Origin: a virus
Length of the DNA stretch: 64,000 nt
Virus record (IMG/VR): IMGVR_UViG_3300026484_000436
Location: 1-64,000 of that record
Direction: 5' to 3' (one strand)
The position numbers and the translations under genes were made by a program. The notes under the pieces are model-generated. The model worked only from the letters and a program-made list of their open reading frames with translations, did not search any database and was not told the origin of the DNA. Within the stretch, counting starts at the first letter, position 1. The number at the start of each line of letters is the position of its first letter. Shown one piece after another: positions 26,219 to 34,747 of the stretch.

Positions 26219-26247
26219 ATTATAACAAAAAAATTTAAAAAAATCAA
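26219..26247 (-). promoter_or_regulatory. sigma70-type promoter TTGATT-N17-TATAAT (TGt extended -10)
   Basis: intergenic, upstream of the 72-aa gene and terL-N. Confidence 0.7.
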
Positions 26248-26263
26248 CCTTTTTTATTAAAAA

Positions 26264-26896
26264 TTATAATAAATCATCCTCATCAAATTCAAGTGATATT
26301 TTACTTGATTTTTTTAATGAAGGTTTAATAATTTCTTCGCCTAATGCACCTTCAAGAATATCTTCTTTAGGTTTGCCCATTAACTCATTTAAGAACTCAT
26401 CAGTTGAGTTATCTGGATTTACATCACTATCATAAACCTCTTCCATATATTCACGATTTAATTCTTTTGAATTTTGTGTATGTATATCACTTTTTGTAAT
26501 AGGAACGACGATTACCTTTGTATAAATATGCCCATATTCATCATTGTTTGAATATAAATCAAAAACCCTGTATAATTCATCTCCTGCTGCCATTTTGAAA
26601 ACTATCAATGAATTTATAGGAACATTTGCTAAATCATCAAAATATATTGCTTTTTCATCTCCGTTTAATTCATCAAAAAATCCACCATAATGAGGCTTGG
26701 AACCATTAAAAACAAAAGGGGCAAGAAATTTACCCTTCCAATCAGGAGTGTCATTATAAACTATTTCATCGTCATATCCACCCCTACCACTCTCGTATTC
26801 TTGTGGATAATACATTTCCCCATCTATTCCAAAAATATTTGATAATACATTTACAGCAGTTCTTCCTGCTATTCTTAAAGTTGGACTAAATAACAT
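26264..26896 (-). CDS. putative neck / head-closure protein (gp14-like)
   Basis: NIFGIDGEMYYPQ N-terminal pattern, small beta core, acidic tail. Confidence 0.5.
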   Translation of the reverse strand: MLFSPTLRIAGRTAVNVLSNIFGIDGEMYYPQEYESGRGGYDDEIVYNDTPDWKGKFLAPFVFNGSKPHYGGFFDELNGDEKAIYFDDLANVPINSLIVFKMAAGDELYRVFDLYSNNDEYGHIYTKVIVVPITKSDIHTQNSKELNREYMEEVYDSDVNPDNSTDEFLNELMGKPKEDILEGALGEEIIKPSLKKSSKISLEFDEDDLL

Positions 26897-26910
26897 TCAT
26901 TTACCTTTTT

Positions 26911-27390
26911 TTAATCGAATTTTACAACTTCGATGACACCTGGACATTTATCTTCTTTTGCAAGTTCATAACTACCTTCAAAATCTATAAATAATAAAGG
27001 TTTTACCCCACATAAAGGTGGTGGTGGAGAAACTATATAATCTTTTAATGATTTATTAAAAAATAATAATGTATTTTTATAACCCAAATTATCATCTATA
27101 AAAATTGTTTTACATTTAGGATATGATTTATTGATTTTGATAGGTTGCTTCATAAATCTATCAAAGTAATACTTCTCTGCTGCCTTCGGTACATCTGGTA
27201 AATTCTCACTATATTCTAATGGAATTTCATCGTTAGGACAATAACTTATAATCCCATCGCCTTCTGCTTCTAAATATGTCAATGTTCTAGAATAAAAAGT
27301 TTCTTTAATCGATTCTTTTTTGATATAATCATTAAAAATGGAAAGAGGTATTTTTTCAACATTTTCATTTAATTTTCTAAAAATACCCAT
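26911..27390 (-). CDS. hypothetical protein, candidate internal head protein
   Basis: N-terminus MGIFRKLNE-N. Confidence 0.5.
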   Translation of the reverse strand: MGIFRKLNENVEKIPLSIFNDYIKKESIKETFYSRTLTYLEAEGDGIISYCPNDEIPLEYSENLPDVPKAAEKYYFDRFMKQPIKINKSYPKCKTIFIDDNLGYKNTLLFFNKSLKDYIVSPPPPLCGVKPLLFIDFEGSYELAKEDKCPGVIEVVKFD

Positions 27391-27399
27391 TTTAATACC

Positions 27400-27663
27400 T
27401 TATTTTACATTACTAAATAATGTCTGAATAACAATATCATATATTCCTATTATTTCTTCATTATTTTTTAGGAAAATACTACCACTTCTAAAAGTGTCAT
27501 ATTCTAATTCTATTCCGTTCTCTTTTGCCATTTTTTCGACTTCATCTTGTAACATAAACCTATTATATTTCATTTTATTTTTTAATGTAAAAATCTGAGT
27601 TGATATTCCACTATTTTGGAACATTCTTTGATTTTTCATAAGCATTGAAGTTATTGCTGACAT
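27400..27663 (-). CDS. hypothetical protein
   Basis: ORF with RBS and TTAAATA motif. Confidence 0.55.
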   Translation of the reverse strand: MSAITSMLMKNQRMFQNSGISTQIFTLKNKMKYNRFMLQDEVEKMAKENGIELEYDTFRSGSIFLKNNEEIIGIYDIVIQTLFSNVK

Positions 27664-27689
27664 TTTTATCCTTTTTAATTATTTAATTT

Positions 27690-28277
27690 TTATTGAGAAT
27701 ATGAGATATTTGGCATTTTATTCATTCCAAGGTATGTTTTATCGTTCATATAAGTTGAAACTTTTTTAGATGATATAAATTCAACTAATTTATAAAAATG
27801 TTTATTAAATTCTTTATGGAATTTTTTATTTCTAACTAACGGTTTTTTAGTTAATGCGATACCCAAATTTTTTTTTGTAGTTTTATTGACAACCACTGCA
27901 TTTTGTGTATTTAGGACATAAGCAAAATAATACTTAAAAGATGGATCTGAAGAATATATTTTCACAGGATAAGTATCATAAATTTTTATGAACTTTTCTT
28001 TAAGTGACTTTTTATAAGGGATTTGTAAGATTTGAATATACTTAAATCTTTTTGTTTTTTTAGTCTTTTTATCTTTATGTAATTTACTTTCCACTAAAAA
28101 ATAAAAGGTGGCAAGGCCTTTAAATTCACTACCAACACTATCCATTTCAATAGACCAACCTTTATATTCAATTTTACCCAATTCTTTTTTTCTTTGATTT
28201 ATAGGTGTTTTAAACATTGTATTTTTAGTCGCTTCTTTTAAAGTTCTAATCGTTAATGATGATTGTATATATGCCAT
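27690..28277 (-). CDS. basic hypothetical protein resembling phage SWIM-finger proteins but lacking the cysteines
   Basis: IKIYSSDPSFKYYFAY...PLVRN...FNKHFYKL versus the V.CSCPDF.YRF.Y...P..RNP...CKHL pattern. Confidence 0.45.
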   Translation of the reverse strand: MAYIQSSLTIRTLKEATKNTMFKTPINQRKKELGKIEYKGWSIEMDSVGSEFKGLATFYFLVESKLHKDKKTKKTKRFKYIQILQIPYKKSLKEKFIKIYDTYPVKIYSSDPSFKYYFAYVLNTQNAVVVNKTTKKNLGIALTKKPLVRNKKFHKEFNKHFYKLVEFISSKKVSTYMNDKTYLGMNKMPNISYSQ

Positions 28278-28481
28278 TTATTTTTCCTCATTTAATTTTT
28301 CATATACTTTTAAAATTTTATCTATTTTCGTTTCTATTTCGTGAAAATTACCCGATAAATCCTGAAAGGCAATAACTTCGTCATCAAAATCCGTAACTAT
28401 ATTTTTTATGGATTTATTGAATGACTTTTTGATTAAAAGTCTTATCTCATTTTCATTTAATGGTAATCCATTTATTGTCAT
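28278..28481 (-). CDS. hypothetical protein
   Basis: ORF with RBS and TTAAATA motif. Confidence 0.55.
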   Translation of the reverse strand: MTINGLPLNENEIRLLIKKSFNKSIKNIVTDFDDEVIAFQDLSGNFHEIETKIDKILKVYEKLNEEK

Positions 28482-28511
28482 TTTTTTATTCCTTTTAAAT
28501 TATTTAAAAAA

Positions 28512-31500
28512 TTAAAAGGTTTCTACTGCCGTCCATAAAATTTTCCAACTATTATCTTTTGCTACTTTTAAGGCATTTCCATTATATTGTAAATATATTC
28601 TAAATCCGTTTTTTGATGATTTGTAAATAGATGTATAACCTTTTGCCTGCCAATTTCCAGAATTACTTTGTAATGATGTGAAATACCTAACATTATCTGA
28701 AAAATTGTATTTCGAAGTATCAATATCCATATATAATGAATCATCTCCACTATATTTTTCCCATTTATCACAAACACCAGATTCTATTCTTGAAACATTT
28801 TTTGAAATGACACCTCTAAAATCTTTCATATCAACTATTGAAATGTGTTCTATACCAATATAATTATCTGTTTTAATATCTGTTTTGATTTTTATTTTAT
28901 CATTTCCATTTGATATAAATTTTATTCTAATAATCGCTGTTAAAAAATTATTATCATTGAATTTTTTATGTGCTGATTTGTTTTCTACTTTTTTAAGGTT
29001 TTTAATAGTTATATTATTTTTTTGTAAATGATATAAATTTGATTTTGTATAAATATAATTTAAAGAACTTGTCATTTTCGTGTCTGATAAACTCAAAGTG
29101 TCCCCAAATACTTTATTGTCATTTATAAATATCTTAAATAAGTCTGTAACATTTGTGTTATCATCTGTAAAATGTACTTTTAAGTCAAGTGTATAAGAAT
29201 TACCTTTTATTAATTTTTTAATAAAAGATAACTCGTTGTTTTTTAAAACGAGAACACTTAAATTATCAGAAATTATTTCTTCATTCTTTTTTGAGTTTGT
29301 CAATTTCCATTTTCCAGCATAAAAGTCTTCAATAATTTCATAGTCAAGTCTTTCAATCTTTAAATTACTTATATACATATTTTCATCGTTAAAATCATTA
29401 TCTAAAGCATTGTAAAATTTTAATGTTTGTTCTTTGTCAAGAAGCATTGATATTTTAACTTTTCCTAATAAATCATTTCCAGAAGATATGATTTTTTGCT
29501 GAGATAAGTTCCATTGACTTAAAACAAATCCTGAATCGTAAAATTTTACAAAAGGGGTTCGGTATTTCAAATTTTTATCATTGTACCCATTGTGAAAATC
29601 AATTACATCTTCAAAAATTTTAAAATCATTTAGTTTAACACCCATTATCTCTTTATCCCAAGAACCTGAAGCAGTCATATCAAAAGAAATTTCATAAAAC
29701 TCTCTATTATAAGGTTTAAACGATGTAAAACAACTACCTGATTCATCATTTCCACATTCAAAAGTCTTAGGGACATTAAAAAAAGTTTGACTATTTTTTG
29801 ATATAATACTTGTAATAGGTAATTTTGAAATTGGATGATATAAATTTGTTTGTATCGTTTCGTTTGTATCATTTCCGAATTTTTTAACAATAATTTCATC
29901 ATTATTAAGATCTCTAAAATAAAAATCATAATATCCCACAGGTGAATTACTCCATAATTCAAGTATCGCATTTTCATTTATTCCACTTAAATCAACCTTA
30001 AATGACTTCCATTTGTGTTTTTGAGAAGGATCTGAAGACTTAATTATTTTTTTCTTATAATTGCTTTTTCTTTTTACTACAAGATAAGTTGTATAGGTAT
30101 AGTTGTGATGATTGTCATTATACAATTTTATATCCCCATTTTCATCATAAGTAAAATGTAAATAAGCGCCAGCATCATAATCCCCATTAGGCTCGGTAAC
30201 ACTTGTAATATCACTTGCCCACCAACAAGGAGAACCATCTTTAACTCTCCAACCATCTTTTCCCATATTATCAGAGTTTAAAGGTTTGTTACTTGAATCT
30301 ACACTTTTCGTATTATAAATACCCATAGGTCCGACACAACCTATTCGTCCGATTTCTTTTAAATAATCCCTTGCTTTATTAAATTCATTTTTACTTCTTG
30401 GGCAAAATAGCATCCACCCTTGACTTTTCAAGTCATCATCTATTTCATCTGTGTAATAGGTTAAACTTTTACCATTATCCACTAATTTGAATTCCGTAAT
30501 ATCATTAGGTTGCATAGATGTATTAGAAAATAAATCAACTTTTACACATTTTGAAGTCAAGGTTGCCGTCATTTGCTCATTTGTTTCAAAATCAAATGTT
30601 AAAACACCAAATTCATATTTACCCGATTTCAATCTTGGTATAGTAAAAGCGGCAACATTATTATTTGTATAATATCGGTAAGCAGAAACATCACCTACAT
30701 TATTTGAACTATAATTCTTATTATTATCATAAGGGTAATTGCCCTTATACATATCACATTCTGATTTTGCCTGAAAACTTGACTTATATTCATCAATTGC
30801 TAATGTGTCTATAAAAACACCACCTTTTATATGATTGAAAGGTTCTATTATATCCCCTTCCCTATAAATTTTTAAGTTTCTTAACCCTTTTCTATCATCT
30901 TGATAGTTATGTAAAATAACATCTATTTCCAAATCATCGTCGTCCCAGTTTTTTAAAAGAAATTCCAAATCACTTTTAAAGGTATAACTTGACCAGTTAC
31001 CTGAACTTGAATCAGTGTCAAATTTTCTTTTTTCATTTGTTTTTGGGTTTATCAATTCTATATAAGTCGTTGTTTCCGTATCTTTTTGCTCAAATTTTAT
31101 AATCGAATTAGAAGCAAGTGCTCTTCTCGGAACCTTTATTGTTTTGGTACAATCTTTACATTCCAAAATAGTGCCATCATAAACATAAGCATTATTTCCT
31201 TTATAGTTACCATTATAATTTTCAAGATAAATTATCTTCTTAATGATATTATCTTTAATTGGGTGAATAAATTTATCCACTTTCCCAGATAATATATCAC
31301 ATTTTGAATTTATTTCATCTTCAAAATCCTGCTCATCTTTTTCGATTTTTGATTCTTTATCTTCAATGTTTTTAATTTTATTTTTAAAATCTGTTATAGT
31401 GTCATTTATTTTTTTGTTTATTTCATCGATTTTATCAAGATATTTTTTTAAAGTATCGACATCTGCAAAATTATTAACATATGAAATAATTCTATCGTAT

Positions 31501-31712
31501 TCATTTTGCATGTCTATTATTAACTTTTCATAATCCGAAATAATGGAATCAATGGATTCAACATCAAGATTTTTTATGTCATCAAGGTAAATGAGTACTT
31601 TATCAAAGATATCTTTGATTGAGTTTTCTTCTTTATCATAATAAATAAGTGCTTCGGCGGGTACTTTATCATTTGTATTTCTATTGTAAAGATAATCTGT
31701 TTTTATAGGCAT
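28512..31712 (-). CDS. multi-domain receptor-binding / fibre protein (coiled coil plus several lectin-like domains)
   Basis: N-terminal coiled coil; TEPNGDY..YND C-type-lectin-like module; C-terminal YMDIDTS..F....RYFTSL....W...GYTSIY....GFRIY domain. Confidence 0.7.
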   Translation of the reverse strand: MPIKTDYLYNRNTNDKVPAEALIYYDKEENSIKDIFDKVLIYLDDIKNLDVESIDSIISDYEKLIIDMQNEYDRIISYVNNFADVDTLKKYLDKIDEINKKINDTITDFKNKIKNIEDKESKIEKDEQDFEDEINSKCDILSGKVDKFIHPIKDNIIKKIIYLENYNGNYKGNNAYVYDGTILECKDCTKTIKVPRRALASNSIIKFEQKDTETTTYIELINPKTNEKRKFDTDSSSGNWSSYTFKSDLEFLLKNWDDDDLEIDVILHNYQDDRKGLRNLKIYREGDIIEPFNHIKGGVFIDTLAIDEYKSSFQAKSECDMYKGNYPYDNNKNYSSNNVGDVSAYRYYTNNNVAAFTIPRLKSGKYEFGVLTFDFETNEQMTATLTSKCVKVDLFSNTSMQPNDITEFKLVDNGKSLTYYTDEIDDDLKSQGWMLFCPRSKNEFNKARDYLKEIGRIGCVGPMGIYNTKSVDSSNKPLNSDNMGKDGWRVKDGSPCWWASDITSVTEPNGDYDAGAYLHFTYDENGDIKLYNDNHHNYTYTTYLVVKRKSNYKKKIIKSSDPSQKHKWKSFKVDLSGINENAILELWSNSPVGYYDFYFRDLNNDEIIVKKFGNDTNETIQTNLYHPISKLPITSIISKNSQTFFNVPKTFECGNDESGSCFTSFKPYNREFYEISFDMTASGSWDKEIMGVKLNDFKIFEDVIDFHNGYNDKNLKYRTPFVKFYDSGFVLSQWNLSQQKIISSGNDLLGKVKISMLLDKEQTLKFYNALDNDFNDENMYISNLKIERLDYEIIEDFYAGKWKLTNSKKNEEIISDNLSVLVLKNNELSFIKKLIKGNSYTLDLKVHFTDDNTNVTDLFKIFINDNKVFGDTLSLSDTKMTSSLNYIYTKSNLYHLQKNNITIKNLKKVENKSAHKKFNDNNFLTAIIRIKFISNGNDKIKIKTDIKTDNYIGIEHISIVDMKDFRGVISKNVSRIESGVCDKWEKYSGDDSLYMDIDTSKYNFSDNVRYFTSLQSNSGNWQAKGYTSIYKSSKNGFRIYLQYNGNALKVAKDNSWKILWTAVETF

Positions 31713-31721
31713 TTATAATCC

Positions 31722-32435
31722 TTATTCCTGTTTTGTTTTATAAAAAATAAGTGAAGAAAAAGTATAATCTTTTGATTTACTGAGTTCTAATCCATCAATA
31801 TAAACCCTAAATCCATAATCTTGCGGATATACATTGTTAGGAGTTACAAAAATAACTTCGTTTTTTGATATTAAAGCGCCCACAATTCTATAATAATTTT
31901 TGTCCAAATCACAAAAAATATCTAAATAAACGGAATTATTGTTATGTTTTCTCCATTGGGAATTTTCATAGTAAAGGATTTCATAATCTGAAAATGTTTT
32001 AACTACTTTTATGGATTCCAAATCTCCTTCAATTGAATTTATCTTTTTTTCAACTTTATTTCTAAAATCGTCCATTTTTTGATAAAGATTCGTTATCCTA
32101 TCATCAATTTTTTTGAGTTTTTTTTCGTAACTATCAAATTCATTTTTGAATTTGTCTTCCTGTATATCCTCAATTTTATCTTTAAGTTTTTTTTCATTCA
32201 AGACGAATTTTTTTCTTAACTCATATCTTTCTTTATATTTATTTAAAGTGTCCTTGAGATTTCTATAATTTTCATTTAATTTTTTTATTCTTTCAATAAA
32301 ATTTAATTGTAAATTTATTAAAGGAATATCTAATTTTTCATTGAGTGTTTTAAATTCATTTGAATAAAAAACAAGGTCTTGAATGTCTTTTTTATGGACA
32401 TCTAAACAGGTATTAAAGGTATCAACTCTAACCAT
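31722..32435 (-). CDS. short fibre-associated protein (coiled coil plus a domain paralogous to the C-terminus of 28512-31712)
   Basis: WRKHNNNSVYLDI...VYPQDYGFRVYI versus WEKYSGDDSLYMDI...IYKSSKNGFRIYL. Confidence 0.55.
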   Translation of the reverse strand: MVRVDTFNTCLDVHKKDIQDLVFYSNEFKTLNEKLDIPLINLQLNFIERIKKLNENYRNLKDTLNKYKERYELRKKFVLNEKKLKDKIEDIQEDKFKNEFDSYEKKLKKIDDRITNLYQKMDDFRNKVEKKINSIEGDLESIKVVKTFSDYEILYYENSQWRKHNNNSVYLDIFCDLDKNYYRIVGALISKNEVIFVTPNNVYPQDYGFRVYIDGLELSKSKDYTFSSLIFYKTKQE

Positions 32436-32438
32436 TTT

Positions 32439-32864
32439 TTACCCCTTAAATTTTGGTAACAACTCAATAAATTCTTTAACATTATCTTGGGGTTCTATAC
32501 TTTTTATGATTTCTTCATAAGTTTCATAAACATTATCCACCCATTTAGAAAGTGCTTTTGCTTCTTTTTGGTATATTTTAACATTTTTACAATATAATAA
32601 ATCTGCCAAATCGTCATAATCAAAGTAATTTAACACTTCTTTTATGTAATTAGACACTATTTTTGAAAATTTTCGTTTTAAAATTTCAACTTCTTCAATT
32701 TCATTTTGTTTTTGGAGTTCTTCATCTAAAACTAATTTTCCATCTTTTACTTTATAATTATACCATTTTTCAGGTAAAAGGTCAACCTCAATAAAAGGTT
32801 TTTTGAATAATTTTTTTTCACTTTTACTAATTATATTTCCGTTTTCATCATAATAAATTATCAT
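32439..32864 (-). CDS. tail fibre assembly chaperone-like protein
   Basis: IYYDENGNII..YKVKDGKLVLDEE and YQKEAKALSKWVDNVY..FIELLPKF; directly follows a fibre gene. Confidence 0.65.
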   Translation of the reverse strand: MIIYYDENGNIISKSEKKLFKKPFIEVDLLPEKWYNYKVKDGKLVLDEELQKQNEIEEVEILKRKFSKIVSNYIKEVLNYFDYDDLADLLYCKNVKIYQKEAKALSKWVDNVYETYEEIIKSIEPQDNVKEFIELLPKFKG

Positions 32865-34036
32865 ACTATTCCTTCAATTTTCCAACCAACTATTTTTATG
32901 TCAATACTTCTAACCTGAGAAATACTTCTCGAAATTCCATCATTCAATCCAGCAATATAACCATCTTTATCGTTATTTTTTTGATAAGTTTCTACATATA
33001 TTTTATCATCTGTAAAACTTAAAAACATACCTGAATTATTATCTCTATTATCATCGTCAGAATAACTTGAAAATACACCAAATTGCATAATTTCACCTGA
33101 ACTCCATCTCATATATCCAATAAAAAGTGCATTTCTACCTAATGGGTTATTTATTGAATAACCATTATTATCTATTGAATGCCATCCACTATCAAAAACA
33201 GGTTTTCCAATACCACCTGCCATTTCTTTAAGGGATTTTTGATTTCCATCATTGTGAAATATCAACTCAGGAGCATCTATTATAACTGCTGCTTTTGATT
33301 TTAAAACAGTAACATCCGAATCTCGTGATTGTGCATCATTTTCCACACCTAATATAAGTGCTGAATTTTCGTCGCTGCCATCTCCCCAATAAGCATAAGT
33401 ATTATCATCGGAAACATATTTTAGATATCCATAATCAGAACCTTCATTTGTATCTGAATCAAATTTTAAAATAGTTTCCCCATCTTTATTTTTAAAAGTC
33501 AATCCACCTGTTTCAATTTTTTTAGATTTGTCTAAATAAGGTTCTATATCATCTTTTATAGTATCTATATCGTCTTTATTGCTTTTTATATCATCTGAAT
33601 TAGAACTCACCTCATCTTTTAAATCTTTAATAGTTTCATCATAATTATCTTTAAAAGTTTTAAAATCACTTTTATTAAATTTATCTTCATCAAGTTTTTG
33701 TAATTTATCACTTAAATCTTTTAGTTTGTCATTTATCGAATTATTATCGCTTGTCGTTGAATTTATATCGTCTTGTATTTCATTTATTAAATCACGAATT
33801 TTATTTAATTCTGTTTCCACTTCTTTAAAATACTCTTCATCTGTTTTTGTTTTTATGAATGTTTCTAATTCATCTATTTTTGATTCAATATCCGTTAAAG
33901 AATAAGAAACATTAAAAACCTCATCGCCATTCACTTGATATATTTTTTTAGATTCCCCATCATAATATAACATTGACTTTAATTCTACTTTGTGAAGACT
34001 ATCACAAGTTTCTAATTCGCAAGTTTTGATAGACAT
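32861..34036 (-). CDS. tail fibre protein
   Basis: coiled coil, SDYGYLKY..ENSALILGVEND segment, FDSGW C-terminal head domain. Confidence 0.7.
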   Translation of the reverse strand: MSIKTCELETCDSLHKVELKSMLYYDGESKKIYQVNGDEVFNVSYSLTDIESKIDELETFIKTKTDEEYFKEVETELNKIRDLINEIQDDINSTTSDNNSINDKLKDLSDKLQKLDEDKFNKSDFKTFKDNYDETIKDLKDEVSSNSDDIKSNKDDIDTIKDDIEPYLDKSKKIETGGLTFKNKDGETILKFDSDTNEGSDYGYLKYVSDDNTYAYWGDGSDENSALILGVENDAQSRDSDVTVLKSKAAVIIDAPELIFHNDGNQKSLKEMAGGIGKPVFDSGWHSIDNNGYSINNPLGRNALFIGYMRWSSGEIMQFGVFSSYSDDDNRDNNSGMFLSFTDDKIYVETYQKNNDKDGYIAGLNDGISRSISQVRSIDIKIVGWKIEGIV

Positions 34037-34308
34037 TATAATCCTTTAATTTTTTCATAATAACTACTCAGTTTATTTTGAATGTAATTATTACCTTTTT
34101 TATATTTAGATAAATCTGACAGCAATTCATTTTTTTCTTTAAAAGATTTAATTTTTTTCAAATCCTGAAATAATTTATCATAATCCAATTTTAGGTCCAT
34201 GTGTAATAATTTTGTCATAAAAGTCTCAAAATTATTTTTTTCTTTGGTATCTTCAATCTCATTTATTTTATTTTGTAATTCTAAAAAACCTTCATATATC
34301 GTTTTCAT
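34036..34308 (-). CDS. hypothetical protein
   Basis: ORF coupled to the fibre gene (TAATG overlap). Confidence 0.55.
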   Translation of the reverse strand: MKTIYEGFLELQNKINEIEDTKEKNNFETFMTKLLHMDLKLDYDKLFQDLKKIKSFKEKNELLSDLSKYKKGNNYIQNKLSSYYEKIKGL

Positions 34309-34325
34309 TAAAACCCTTTTTTAAA

Positions 34326-34351
34326 GTTACGGGAGTTTAAAACCCCGTAAC
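34326..34351 (-). terminator. hairpin/terminator over the stop of 34337-34696
   Basis: GTTACGGG...CCCGTAAC followed by TTT. Confidence 0.6.
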
Positions 34352-34696
34352 CATTATTGAAATAATTTTACAATCTTTATAAACCTTTTTCGGGTGTAGT
34401 GTAGATTTTTGTAATCTAGGTCTTTCACTTTGTGGTTCGATACCTGGATTATTTAAAGAATCACCCAATGGCGAACCTTCATCAGTACTTGTATTGTCAT
34501 CTCCAACAGGAACCCCACTTGAAAAATCACCTAATGGCGAACTCTCACCTGTATTTGTGGTATCGCTATTTGTATTATCTGTCATATCATTTTCAGCAGG
34601 AGTACTACCTGTATTTGTAAAATCATTTTCAGCAGGAACCCCATTTGTACTATTGTCATTCGTATCTTCTAAAGGTGTTTCATTTTCTTCCATCAT
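34337..34696 (-). CDS. acidic low-complexity protein with short internal repeats
   Basis: PAENDxT twice, SPLGD twice, basic C-terminus. Confidence 0.55.
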   Translation of the reverse strand: MMEENETPLEDTNDNSTNGVPAENDFTNTGSTPAENDMTDNTNSDTTNTGESSPLGDFSSGVPVGDDNTSTDEGSPLGDSLNNPGIEPQSERPRLQKSTLHPKKVYKDCKIISIMVTGF

Positions 34697-34719
34697 TTTA
34701 TCCTTTTTTTATTTAATAA

Positions 34720-34747
34720 AAAATCAAGGTTTAAAATCCTTGATTTT
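34720..34747 (-). terminator. intrinsic terminator over the stop of the long fibre gene
   Basis: AAAATCAAGG-8-CCTTGATTTT followed by TTATT. Confidence 0.6.

Noticed and set aside
28512-32435. Diversity-generating retroelement target in the lectin-like fibre
   Set aside because: No reverse transcriptase and no template/variable repeat pair differing at adenines seen in this window.
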